Assembly: GCA_004322465.1 (NCBI GenBank)
Contig: SCVO01000083.1
Location: 6,983 to 70,982, forward strand
DNA: 64,000 nt
Source: Candidatus Nitrosotenuis sp.
GTDB lineage: Archaea > Thermoproteota > Nitrososphaeria > Nitrososphaerales > Nitrosopumilaceae
Direction: 5' to 3'
A program made the translations under genes and the position numbers. Every line of letters begins with the position of its first letter. Position 1 is the first letter of the stretch. Under the pieces are notes generated by a model. It was given only the letters and a program-made list of their open reading frames with translations. It was not told the DNA's origin and made no database searches. Positions 37,718-46,645 of the stretch are shown here, in pieces.

Positions 37718-38120
37718 GATCCTAGTGTTTCTTGTTTCAACGTTAGTGTTCCTAACTGCGCTCGTTTATTTTCTTGCGGCATACTCTGAATATATTGATG
37801 GTATTTCAGACCATGGAGCGCAAATTGAGATCATGCTTTTCTCAGTAGTCGGAATAGCACATGTGCCATTGGCTATTTGGATGCTAAGGAATAAGATGAA
37901 CAGTAGAGCGCCATATGTGATATCGATAATAATTTCTCTGGCCTTAATTGGACTTTATGGCTTAGCCAGAATCACAATCTTGCCGATTGTCGGTTTAGAA
38001 AGTAGTTTTGGCGAAATTGACATCATTAGTAAAATCCTACAGGCATCAATAGTAGTCATTTCCTTATTTTTGTTACCAGAACTGAGGAGAAGGCAGAGTT
38101 ATGAAATACATGGAACCTGA
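37701..38120 (+). CDS. Four-TM membrane protein
   Basis: Hydrophobic ORF overlapping the previous gene. Confidence 0.75.
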   Translation: MKGSTRILVFLVSTLVFLTALVYFLAAYSEYIDGISDHGAQIEIMLFSVVGIAHVPLAIWMLRNKMNSRAPYVISIIISLALIGLYGLARITILPIVGLESSFGEIDIISKILQASIVVISLFLLPELRRRQSYEIHGT

Positions 38121-38175
38121 ATCAATATTTTTCCGCCTAAAAAGCTCTTTAAGTTACTCATAATATGTGGTTAGA

Positions 38176-38760
38176 ATGACAGAAAAGTTCCCCATCAAAA
38201 ATTTATTGCTTGGAGTAACGGGTTCTGTAGGAGTTCTTGTTGTACCGCACTACGTTAAACTCCTCAGGGAAGGAATTGCAGAAAATGTACATATTATGAT
38301 GTCCTATTCCGCAAAAAAGTTTGTTACACCATACTCATTGAGGCTTTATTCCGGAAATTATGTCTTCACTGATTCTTTTGATATTTCTGACGAAGTAAGA
38401 GTTCCACATATCGATCTCACAAGGAAATGCGACATGTTTGTGATCATGCCTGCGACTGCCAACATCATAGGTAAGGTGGCAAATGGAATATGCGACGATC
38501 TGATATCTACAGCAGTGATGGCCTGCATGTCTCCTGTAGTGTTTATCCCCTCCATGAATCCCAACATGTGGTTCAGTAAGGCAAATCAAAAAAACGTATC
38601 CATACTAAAGGAGCTTGGCCATCATGTCCTTCCGCCGTCAGAGGGGTATGAGGTAGCTGACATGAAGCCAAGTTTCGGAAGCATGCCGGAATTCGAGGAA
38701 GTAGCGGATTTCCTAAAGAATGTTCATCTATTGAATTTACAGAAAAAGAACAAAAAATAG
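38176..38760 (+). CDS. HFCD-family flavoprotein (CoaC/EpiD-like Cys decarboxylase)
   Basis: LGVTGSV, PHIDL, PATANIIGKVANG, PSMNPNMW. Confidence 0.88.
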   Translation: MTEKFPIKNLLLGVTGSVGVLVVPHYVKLLREGIAENVHIMMSYSAKKFVTPYSLRLYSGNYVFTDSFDISDEVRVPHIDLTRKCDMFVIMPATANIIGKVANGICDDLISTAVMACMSPVVFIPSMNPNMWFSKANQKNVSILKELGHHVLPPSEGYEVADMKPSFGSMPEFEEVADFLKNVHLLNLQKKNKK

Positions 38761-38793
38761 AAATAATATAATGCATGGATCTACTAACATTCA

Positions 38794-40116
38794 CTAAGAT
38801 CGCTCAGTGAGCCATTTTCCAACCTCTGGCCACAGTTTTTCATGCGCATCTGCACTAACGCATAGCCCGACATGACCTGTTGGAAATTCTATCAGTTTTT
38901 TGTCAGTGCTCGATATGGCATTCATTATTGATCTGCTTGAATCGGGAGGGACCAAGTCGTCCTTTGTCCCAATTATGTTCAAGACAGGCATTGTTATTTT
39001 TCTGAGATCTACTAGATCAGAACCAACTCTCATTTTGTTTTTTATTAGCAGGTTCTTCTTGTAGATCTGATTTACTATCTCTTTATACACTGGTCCTATG
39101 ATTGGCACACTGTCATAAAGCCAGATTTCAATTGCAAAAAATTGCCGGACCTCATCAAGACTTTTTGGCTCACTAAAATACCTCCAATATTTTAGCAAGG
39201 CTTCTACAGGATTGCGCATGATGAAGGCTGCATTAAGAAACCAACCTGGGATGTTCCCGAAAGTGTTTACTAACTCGTCGGCATCTATGTGTTTGGTCCA
39301 GTTTTCGATTACCGTATTAGTTTGTCCCAAATCCATTGGTGTTGCATGCAGAATCAGATTCTTTACATTTTCAGGATGTATAGCAGAGTGAATCAGGGCA
39401 AAAATTCCTCCCCAACAATACCCAAACAGAGAGACCTTTTCAGAACCCGTGATTTCTTTGATTTTTTCAACTGCATTTTCAACATATTCATGTGCATAGT
39501 TCTCAAGTGTCATGTTTTGATACGATGAGTCAGGCGTGCCCCAGTCTGTTGCATAGACATCAAATCCTTGCTTTAGTAGACTGTTTATCACACTGACCTT
39601 GGGTAAGAGATCCAAGATATAGTGCCTGTTGATAAGAGAATATACGACAAGCAATGGTGTCTTGTGTTTTTGTTCTACTATTGGTTTGTAATGGAGTAAG
39701 CTGAATCTCCCCTTAGTCGAAATAACCTCCGATGGAGTACGGTTGATGTTGTCGCGGATTGGCTCAAGTGTTCTGCTGCCAGCAAGAAAAAAATCTGCTA
39801 AATTATTGTAAATTTTATCATAACCAAAAAGCCTAGCAAGCTTTATTCTAGCACTTACAAGGTTAGCCACACTTGTTGCAAAGCCTTCTTCATTTATTTT
39901 CTGCTGTAGCGTAGAGTCAAATGCTGCCCGCATTACATTTTGTATTTTTCCTACCCGGCCGTCTCCAACATTAAACAAAGACTCTACAGATTTTACAGCT
40001 GATTCAAAAAACGCATCGTTGTATTTCAGCACAAAGTCGTACCATGCATACCAGTAATCGTAATAGGTACTAGGAATGATTTTGTGTTTGTTATCAGAGT
40101 GATTTATTTGAGACAT
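38794..40116 (-). CDS. phaC: Class III polyhydroxyalkanoate synthase PhaC with long N-terminal extension
   Basis: YSLINRHYILDL, GYCWGG lipase box, DDLVPP, GHVG. Confidence 0.88.
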   Translation of the reverse strand: MSQINHSDNKHKIIPSTYYDYWYAWYDFVLKYNDAFFESAVKSVESLFNVGDGRVGKIQNVMRAAFDSTLQQKINEEGFATSVANLVSARIKLARLFGYDKIYNNLADFFLAGSRTLEPIRDNINRTPSEVISTKGRFSLLHYKPIVEQKHKTPLLVVYSLINRHYILDLLPKVSVINSLLKQGFDVYATDWGTPDSSYQNMTLENYAHEYVENAVEKIKEITGSEKVSLFGYCWGGIFALIHSAIHPENVKNLILHATPMDLGQTNTVIENWTKHIDADELVNTFGNIPGWFLNAAFIMRNPVEALLKYWRYFSEPKSLDEVRQFFAIEIWLYDSVPIIGPVYKEIVNQIYKKNLLIKNKMRVGSDLVDLRKITMPVLNIIGTKDDLVPPDSSRSIMNAISSTDKKLIEFPTGHVGLCVSADAHEKLWPEVGKWLTERS

Positions 40117-40192
40117 TAGCTTTATTCCTAAAGTTTTCTCCCTTCAAGGCCACATCCACCTGCAATCCCGCTTATGATCTTCCAAAATGTTC

Positions 40193-40432
40193 TCATGGTG
40201 TATTTTTCACACTTTCGATTTTTTCGACCAGTTTTTGCTTCTTTGGCACGCCAGTGAATTCCAATTTTCCGTTTATGACAACGCCGGGAGCGGTGTATAT
40301 TGGATATTTTTGGAGATATTCGGGTTTTTCAGTGACATCGATTATATCGTAAGAGATATTCATTTCATCAAGCATTTTTTCTACTACACTGCAGTTTGAG
40401 CAGCCGGGCGTGGTCAGTATCTCGACTTTCAT
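40193..40432 (-). CDS. Glutaredoxin/thioredoxin-like protein
   Basis: TPGCSNC, TAPGVVING. Confidence 0.88.
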   Translation of the reverse strand: MKVEILTTPGCSNCSVVEKMLDEMNISYDIIDVTEKPEYLQKYPIYTAPGVVINGKLEFTGVPKKQKLVEKIESVKNTP

Positions 40433-40572
40433 TTTTCCTCACCCACAAACTGCTTTGGATTCTTTTCAAATGCCCACTTACAGCTGGCGCAGCAAAAACG
40501 ATACTCTTTATTGTTGTATGTGATGGACTCGGATTTTTCGCTTACTTCAGAGCCGCAGACTGGATCTTTCAT
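40429..40572 (-). CDS. YHS-domain protein (absent from ORF track)
   Basis: MKDPVCGSEV...NKEYRFCCASCKWAFEKNPKQF; 4-nt overlaps with both neighbours. Confidence 0.9.
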   Translation of the reverse strand: MKDPVCGSEVSEKSESITYNNKEYRFCCASCKWAFEKNPKQFVGEEK

Positions 40573-41726
40573 TGCATCCCCACCATTCCTTTCATTCCAT
40601 CAGGCAGACCTTCAGACAGGCCAAGTATTTGCATGGAATCAAGACCGATATTGAATAGCAATGCACTCCATACCAGGACAATTGCAAGTATTTTCAGAGC
40701 TTGTTTACGTTCCTGTGGATATTTGCGCCAATACCAGAAAACTGGCACTGCCGAAACAATCAGGTTAAGTAACGCCCCATATTCCATAAAGGGAACTTTC
40801 TCCTCTATTTGTCCAATTGGAATGGCTGCCTCGCCTATCATTTTTCCTCCAGTCGCCATGAAAGCCACGTTGAGGCCCTCATGGAACACACCACCCTCAT
40901 ACCAAAGATGACCAAAGGCACCATTAAGTACGATAAACGATCCAAGAACAACTAATGCCCACCCAGTAAATTTTCGTACAGCCTCAACTCTTTTTACAAG
41001 CCCGCCAGTCGCGTTGACTCCTAAAATTCCAAGTGCGCTAAGAAGAAGAAGCGGAATAACTCTTCCCGCCCCGTTTATTGCCATCAAAAGGCCTCCCTGC
41101 AGCCAGTCTCCAGTAGACGCAGAAAATATCAGTATGATGTATGTCACAGGATTCGGGCAACCGACACCAGCATTACCTAAAAGCAACCCAAGAAGAAACA
41201 CCTTGGTGTAATCTCGTTGTTTTTGAATAAATTGCGGCATGCCAGAGTATGTAGGTATTTTGAATTTGATCAGCTTCAATTCCGAAAGACCAAAGACAAA
41301 GGCCGCAATTCCTGCAGCGGCATACATTATTCTTGTTGCGCTGTCAAGGCCAACATATTTCCCGATTTGTGCCACTGCAGCCCCATAAATCGACAACGTT
41401 ATGATCAATCCAATTCCAAAGAGGGCGGCCATGATCAGCCCTTTTTTCCCTGAAGTGCCCATTGCAATTGGAACTATGATGAATACGAGCGGAAGAGTGC
41501 AAGGAAGTACAATATTGGATACTCCTCCGGTAAAGGAAAGGAGCATTGTAAGCGTAGTTGCCGGCGTTGTTGCGAGATAGATAAAACCAAAAAGCGTAAT
41601 GGATCCGAGAACAAAAATTGCAACAACTAGGAATGACTTGAATCTTTTTCCTTCCTGTGCCTGAACGCTCATTATTTGTGGCTCCAATTCGTCTTTAATG
41701 TCATCTATTTTAAAGACCCAAGCCAA
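40569..41726 (-). CDS. ccdA: CcdA/DsbD-family transmembrane electron transporter
   Basis: LPCTLP and GCPNP Cys motifs, multiple TM. Confidence 0.85.
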   Translation of the reverse strand: MAWVFKIDDIKDELEPQIMSVQAQEGKRFKSFLVVAIFVLGSITLFGFIYLATTPATTLTMLLSFTGGVSNIVLPCTLPLVFIIVPIAMGTSGKKGLIMAALFGIGLIITLSIYGAAVAQIGKYVGLDSATRIMYAAAGIAAFVFGLSELKLIKFKIPTYSGMPQFIQKQRDYTKVFLLGLLLGNAGVGCPNPVTYIILIFSASTGDWLQGGLLMAINGAGRVIPLLLLSALGILGVNATGGLVKRVEAVRKFTGWALVVLGSFIVLNGAFGHLWYEGGVFHEGLNVAFMATGGKMIGEAAIPIGQIEEKVPFMEYGALLNLIVSAVPVFWYWRKYPQERKQALKILAIVLVWSALLFNIGLDSMQILGLSEGLPDGMKGMVGMQ

Positions 41727-41755
41727 GTATCAAAACTGATAATGAAATGTTGAAT

Positions 41756-41783
41756 TTTACAAATGTAAACATACATCTGTAAA
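41756..41783. promoter_or_regulatory. Island box TTTACAAATGTAAA plus adjacent ATACATCTGTAAA
   Basis: Tandem sites between divergent operons. Confidence 0.75.
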
Positions 41784-41861
41784 TACGATGGCGTTCGTAC
41801 AAACTATCAAACTTGAATTTTATGAAGGTGTTTAAAAGTAAGAATTGGAAACTGATGATCA

Positions 41862-42044
41862 ATGTTTGAAAAACATTGCCTGATTTGTGGCATCGACGTT
41901 GACAAGACAGCACCAAAAAGATTTGGCAAATACTTTTGTTCAGAAGATCACGCTCAGCAATACGTAACAAAAAGAGAAGAGCAGGAAAGAGCAATGGCCG
42001 AAGAAGAAAGGAAAAATCCCCGTAGAGGTGGAGGCTGTTGCTAA
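41862..42044 (+). CDS. Small YHS/TRASH-like protein ending GGGCC (paralog 4)
   Basis: CLICG...KRFGKYFCSEDHA. Confidence 0.88.
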   Translation: MFEKHCLICGIDVDKTAPKRFGKYFCSEDHAQQYVTKREEQERAMAEEERKNPRRGGGCC

Positions 42045-42045
42045 C

Positions 42046-42549
42046 ATGGTTAGCAAATACGCATTAATCGGAGTGTCAGTAGGCGTATTCTTTGTAGGAC
42101 TTGGAATAGGCTATGCTGCTTTCACAAATGTATACAATCCTAATGCGATGTTCCAAAACCCACAATTTATGCAAACCATGCTAAATGATCCCCAGCACAT
42201 GCGAGCCATGATGCAAAATCCGTTATTTATGCAGCAAACGTTGGAGCATATGAAACAGAATCATCAATTCTCACAAGATATGATGTCTTCCATGATGGTG
42301 GATGAGCAGCTAAGTCAGCAGATGATGGGTATGGTGATGCAAGACCCACAACACGTGCAACAAATGTCAAAAGCAATGAAAGAAAATCACGAGTTTATGC
42401 AGAAAATGATGCTTTCCATCATAAACGATCCCGACCTGAGATTACAAATGCTTGGGCACATGACGGAAAATCAAGAAGCAATGCAACAAATGAGAAACAT
42501 GATGCAAGGAAACATGACCAGCTCTGGCATGATGATGGGTGGAAACTAA
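42046..42549 (+). CDS. Membrane-anchored Met/Gln/His-rich helical repeat protein
   Basis: TM then M..DPQ repeats. Confidence 0.75.
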   Translation: MVSKYALIGVSVGVFFVGLGIGYAAFTNVYNPNAMFQNPQFMQTMLNDPQHMRAMMQNPLFMQQTLEHMKQNHQFSQDMMSSMMVDEQLSQQMMGMVMQDPQHVQQMSKAMKENHEFMQKMMLSIINDPDLRLQMLGHMTENQEAMQQMRNMMQGNMTSSGMMMGGN

Positions 42550-42568
42550 ATGTCTGAGGATCCTAATT

Positions 42569-43018
42569 ATGTCAGATACTAAGATACCGCCCGTTCAATC
42601 GGAAAGACCTGCTGGTATTACTGTTCTTGGGGTCATCTACATAATTTTCGGTGTTCTTATGATAGCAACAGTCGCAATGGTAATGACATTTAGCACAATA
42701 ATGGGTAGCTATTCTTCCACGATTGGAGGAATGATGGGAAATACCATGTCTGTTTTTGGAGGAGTCATTGCAGTCGGTGTTGGAATCCTTGCGGCAATCG
42801 AGTTTGCGATAGCATGGGCCCTATTTAGCGGAAAGAGAGGAGGACGAATAACTGTCATCGTGTTATCTGTGATTGATTTGGTTGTACACTGCATAACCCT
42901 CGCAGCTGGCAATCTTTTTGCAATTCCACACGTTGTTTTAGATCTGATTGTTCTCTTTTACATGTGGAAACCTAGCGTCGTTTCTTATTTTAATAAAGAA
43001 ATGTTGTCACTTAGATGA
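42569..43018 (+). CDS. Four-TM membrane protein
   Basis: ERPAGITVL...YMWKPSV.SYF pattern. Confidence 0.75.
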   Translation: MSDTKIPPVQSERPAGITVLGVIYIIFGVLMIATVAMVMTFSTIMGSYSSTIGGMMGNTMSVFGGVIAVGVGILAAIEFAIAWALFSGKRGGRITVIVLSVIDLVVHCITLAAGNLFAIPHVVLDLIVLFYMWKPSVVSYFNKEMLSLR

Positions 43019-43178
43019 TTCAAATTTCTATAAACCACTCATAATTCTGGCAAATAGGACATGCCAGAATTTGAGGAAATGGTGAATTCCTTAAAGACCA
43101 TGTAAACAAAAGTCAATGATTATCGGTTTTGATAATCAAAGCCTACATTATAACATATTTTTTGATAAAAAAATCATA

Positions 43179-43613
43179 ATGAATTTCAAAAACATCTTAA
43201 TTCCACATGATGGTTCGAATTTTTCTGATCGTGCATTTAAAACTGCACTGGATTTAGCCAAAAAGTACAATTCGGAAATGACGATAATAATTTGCATCGA
43301 TATCCATTATTCTGGCACATGGTATCTTGATAATCGCATATCTGATCAGAATTTCAAGAGACTTTACAAAGCTGCAGAGGTGGAAATTGGGAAATTGGGT
43401 ACAGAGGCTAAAAAATTCAATATAACCCTCAATTCGGCAATTGTTGAATCCACACAGATAACAAAATCAATAGTAGATTATGCAAAATCGCATAACTCCG
43501 ACCTAATAGTGATGGGCGCTCATGGAAGAAGCGGACTGGATAAGCTGATTCTTGGAAGTGTGGCAAACGGAGTATTGCAGAAAGCCAGTTGTCCAGTACT
43601 TGTTGTAAAATAA
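43179..43613 (+). CDS. Universal stress protein (UspA family)
   Basis: ILIPHDGS, DLIVMGAHGRSG, GSVA, CPVLVVK. Confidence 0.93.
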   Translation: MNFKNILIPHDGSNFSDRAFKTALDLAKKYNSEMTIIICIDIHYSGTWYLDNRISDQNFKRLYKAAEVEIGKLGTEAKKFNITLNSAIVESTQITKSIVDYAKSHNSDLIVMGAHGRSGLDKLILGSVANGVLQKASCPVLVVK

Positions 43614-43702
43614 CGATCAAACTACATAGGAATTCCAGAAGGCAACTCGTAGTTTTGTTTTAAAACACTTCAAAGATTATCAATTGTAAAGTTCATCGAA
43701 AT

Positions 43703-43716
43703 CTTACATTTGTAAA
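43703..43716. promoter_or_regulatory. Island box CTTACATTTGTAAA
   Basis: About 10 nt upstream of TTATACA. Confidence 0.75.
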
Positions 43717-43754
43717 GTACAATCCTTATACATCTGTGAATTCCAAGATGTGCA

Positions 43755-44564
43755 ATGTCAAATAACAAATACCGGCTTGGAACGATTATGGCGATATTTG
43801 TCTTGAGCATGAGCCTGACAACATTTCAAACAACTGGCAAATCCAATGGTTTTGCGGCATATGCTCAGACTGCATCAAAAACGACAGGGGATTCAGAAAA
43901 ACTGCTAAAGGATCCACAATTTCGTCAAAAAATCATCGATAGCATGAAAAAAGATCATGAAATTGCCCAGGACTTGATCATGGCAATGATAAATGATCCT
44001 GCCTTGCGTTTGCAGCTGATGGGCCATCTAACGGAAAGCAAGGCAGCAATGCAAGATCTGGCTAAACTCTTTGGACAAAATGCAACTAAAATCAGTGCAA
44101 CTGGAATGATAGATCATGGAAGCATGTCCATGAAGGACTCGATGAAAGATCAAATGAAGAAGGATGCCAAGAAAGAACCGATGAAAAGTGACTCGATGAA
44201 AAAGAACTCTGGAACGATGGATCATGGAAGCATGTCCATGGAAAAAGACTCGATGAAGATAGGAACATCGGCAAATGTTGACTTCAGTAACGTCAAAATC
44301 ACAAACATCTCGGCAAACAGTGCAACCATACAAGGAAGTACAAACCAGGCTGTAAACTGCCAAGTTGAATACTGGTCTGCAAAAGATCCAAAACACTACT
44401 TTGCATCTGATACTGGAGACATGATGGATATGAAACACACCGATCATACTGTGACAATCAAGAGCCTTATGCCGAATACGACATATAATTACAAATTCAA
44501 GGCAACACTTGACGGAAAGATATTCTACTCAAACCAGCAGACATTCGCCACAAAGGCAGCATAA
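43755..44564 (+). CDS. Exported Met/His-rich protein with C-terminal fibronectin-III-like domain
   Basis: Signal peptide, DHGSMSM x2, H.VTIKSLMPNTTYNY. Confidence 0.8.
   Translation: MSNNKYRLGTIMAIFVLSMSLTTFQTTGKSNGFAAYAQTASKTTGDSEKLLKDPQFRQKIIDSMKKDHEIAQDLIMAMINDPALRLQLMGHLTESKAAMQDLAKLFGQNATKISATGMIDHGSMSMKDSMKDQMKKDAKKEPMKSDSMKKNSGTMDHGSMSMEKDSMKIGTSANVDFSNVKITNISANSATIQGSTNQAVNCQVEYWSAKDPKHYFASDTGDMMDMKHTDHTVTIKSLMPNTTYNYKFKATLDGKIFYSNQQTFATKAA
44112..44240. repeat. 21-bp direct repeat GATCATGGAAGCATGTCCATG (44112, 44220) encoding DHGSMSM
   Basis: Exact copies. Confidence 0.85.
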
Positions 44565-44651
44565 ATCATAATTCTTTATTATTTTATTTTGGGTTTAGCA
44601 AGTTGTTTTCAGTGTGTGTCAAAATCGTCGACTTGGAAACGCATGTGGTAT

Positions 44652-45620
44652 TTACCTGACACAGGTACACTTGTATGCCTGCCTGATGAGGCGCATCGCA
44701 TCTTCTATATTTTCCTGGGTTCTGACTGTAAACACTCTGTCAAAAGTCCATGAAGGAGTCCTTTCGATTTTCTTTGTGATACTCTTTTCATCCATAAAAG
44801 AATCATTGCACTTTATGTGAACTTCCAAACAGTCCGGGAGAACTTTTATTGTGCAGAAGTTCTTAAGCGGAGAAGTCTGATAAGTAATCCAACTCTTTCT
44901 TGATTTTTCCTTGACGTTTGGCAGCAAACAAATCTGTTTACTCAGTGTCGAGAAAACACCTTTCAGGTCGCTATCGGTCTTATCAAGGTGTTCGTTCACA
45001 GGAACTGTCGTCCACTTGAATGTCCACTTTTTAGCCTCCTTCTCCAGAGTCTCTTTAGTGAATGTGGTGAATTTGTGGAGAAGCTGGTTCCGACCGTTTG
45101 TGTATGTCTCAAAAGGTATTGCCCTTACATCCGTCCCATCCTTCGCTAGATACTCCACTACTTCCGTAAGCTGCTCTGAGACGCTATCGATAATTATGAA
45201 GATTCCCACTCCCTGTCCGATAATCCGAGCCAGGTAATCCCTATCAGAAACCTTCCCTCCCTTTTTAACCGTGCTAGCTAGAAACTTTGCCAAATCATTT
45301 CTTGTCTCAGAGTTACCCATGGCCAGTTTGAATCTAGAGAGCTGATTCATTACATGACGTACAATATCATGAGAACTCAGCTCCACTTCAATGATAAAGA
45401 ATTTGTCACTGACGAAATCGACCAAGTAGCCATCTGGCGTGCTACCTATCCCACTCTTGCTTACTATTTTTCTCTTGACATTGAAAAAATGGCTATTCTT
45501 TCCAAATAATTTCTCAGTATGTTCTACTGCCAGCTTTTCTAATTCTTCTTCCAGCTTGTAAGAATATGGACTGTAAATTTCATCATTAAGTATGACGACT
45601 GGTACACCTTCTTGCTGCAT
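44652..45620 (-). CDS. PD-(D/E)xK-like nuclease with C-terminal DUF5655-like domain
   Basis: TPDGYL...FIIEVEL; ends MRLIRQAY. Confidence 0.65.
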   Translation of the reverse strand: MQQEGVPVVILNDEIYSPYSYKLEEELEKLAVEHTEKLFGKNSHFFNVKRKIVSKSGIGSTPDGYLVDFVSDKFFIIEVELSSHDIVRHVMNQLSRFKLAMGNSETRNDLAKFLASTVKKGGKVSDRDYLARIIGQGVGIFIIIDSVSEQLTEVVEYLAKDGTDVRAIPFETYTNGRNQLLHKFTTFTKETLEKEAKKWTFKWTTVPVNEHLDKTDSDLKGVFSTLSKQICLLPNVKEKSRKSWITYQTSPLKNFCTIKVLPDCLEVHIKCNDSFMDEKSITKKIERTPSWTFDRVFTVRTQENIEDAMRLIRQAYKCTCVR

Positions 45621-45696
45621 TTACAAACTTTTTGTTTTCCTCTTATTGTATAAATCTTCACCGATTCCAGTCATCGCATTCAACAAAATCTCCTAA

Positions 45697-46347
45697 TTAG
45701 AAATGCTTGTGATGGTCTGCTACTGTCATTAATGCAGCATATTTAGAGGCAAGATCGGCTGTTTTTTTATCATCCGCACTTGCTATGATTATGGCGTCGT
45801 CATTTTGTGGTAAAAGATTCTCCATTATTGATTCTCTTATCTTACGCTCATTTTTCAACGAGTCTTGGGTTTGCCCCGGCATCAGGAATCTTTTGTTTTT
45901 GTACACTAGCGTGGTGGCTCCAGTTGCGCCCATGAATTTGGCAAAATCTCTCTGTTCAAGCCCTGAATTGATTTCAGAGCCAAATCCTTTTAGCAAGACA
46001 GCATGATTGAATGTTCCTAACCCTATTGAACATTTTTGAATTGGGGATTCGCGTGGAACAGTAGCAGATATTTTTGAATAAAGGATTTTTCCTTTTTCTG
46101 ATAATCGCATCCCTCCTTTTGAGGTCTCTACAAGCCCGTGCATTTTTAGGTGTTTTACCAGTGTTTTCACGGACCCTTCACCCAGACCAAGATCGGCAAC
46201 GAGAGTCATTCTACTCACTCTGATTTGTTCACTGGCCAGCTGCATGGTTTTGAAGACATGCGCTATGTTAAAGCTAAGTACTCTACTTGGTGAATATCTG
46301 TCAGCTACTTTTGTGAGTGTCTTGATCACCTGATGCACAGAAATCAA
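45697..46347 (-). CDS. HTH transcriptional regulator (DUF4443-like)
   Basis: SRMTLVADLGLGEGSVKTL wHTH; EQRDFA...GA.GATTL. Confidence 0.75.
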   Translation of the reverse strand: MISVHQVIKTLTKVADRYSPSRVLSFNIAHVFKTMQLASEQIRVSRMTLVADLGLGEGSVKTLVKHLKMHGLVETSKGGMRLSEKGKILYSKISATVPRESPIQKCSIGLGTFNHAVLLKGFGSEINSGLEQRDFAKFMGATGATTLVYKNKRFLMPGQTQDSLKNERKIRESIMENLLPQNDDAIIIASADDKKTADLASKYAALMTVADHHKHF

Positions 46348-46369
46348 AGGATGATGTTTATTTTAAATG

Positions 46370-46386
46370 TTGGATAAACCATCCAA
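46370..46386. promoter_or_regulatory. Palindrome TTGGAT-AAACC-ATCCAA between regulator and cbtB
   Basis: 6-bp arms in a 72-bp divergent gap. Confidence 0.5.
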
Positions 46387-46419
46387 GAACTTAAATAGAT
46401 TCCTCAGAAAACTCTCGTA

Positions 46420-46635
46420 ATGTCACAATCAAAACACATGACAGTACTGGATTCAAAGGTGCCTGTCTCTGCAGTGGTAATTCTTGCAGCTGTATTTGGC
46501 TTTGGCTTATTCGTAGTGGGATACGATCAGGGACATCTGCTGAGTTTGGTAATTGGCGAACAGGCATTCAAGGATCTCTACATACATGAGCTGACACACG
46601 ACATGAGACATGCCGCTGGGTTTCCATGTCATTAG
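46420..46635 (+). CDS. cbtB: Cobalt transporter subunit CbtB
   Basis: HELTHDMRHAAGFPCH. Confidence 0.92.
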   Translation: MSQSKHMTVLDSKVPVSAVVILAAVFGFGLFVVGYDQGHLLSLVIGEQAFKDLYIHELTHDMRHAAGFPCH

Positions 46636-46645
46636 GTGAATCGTC

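Noticed and set aside
40396-40911. 171-aa plus-strand ORF
   Set aside because: Antisense to ccdA/YHS/grx
46348-46419. Cobalamin riboswitch upstream of cbtB
   Set aside because: Gap of 72 AT-rich nt is too short; no B12 box
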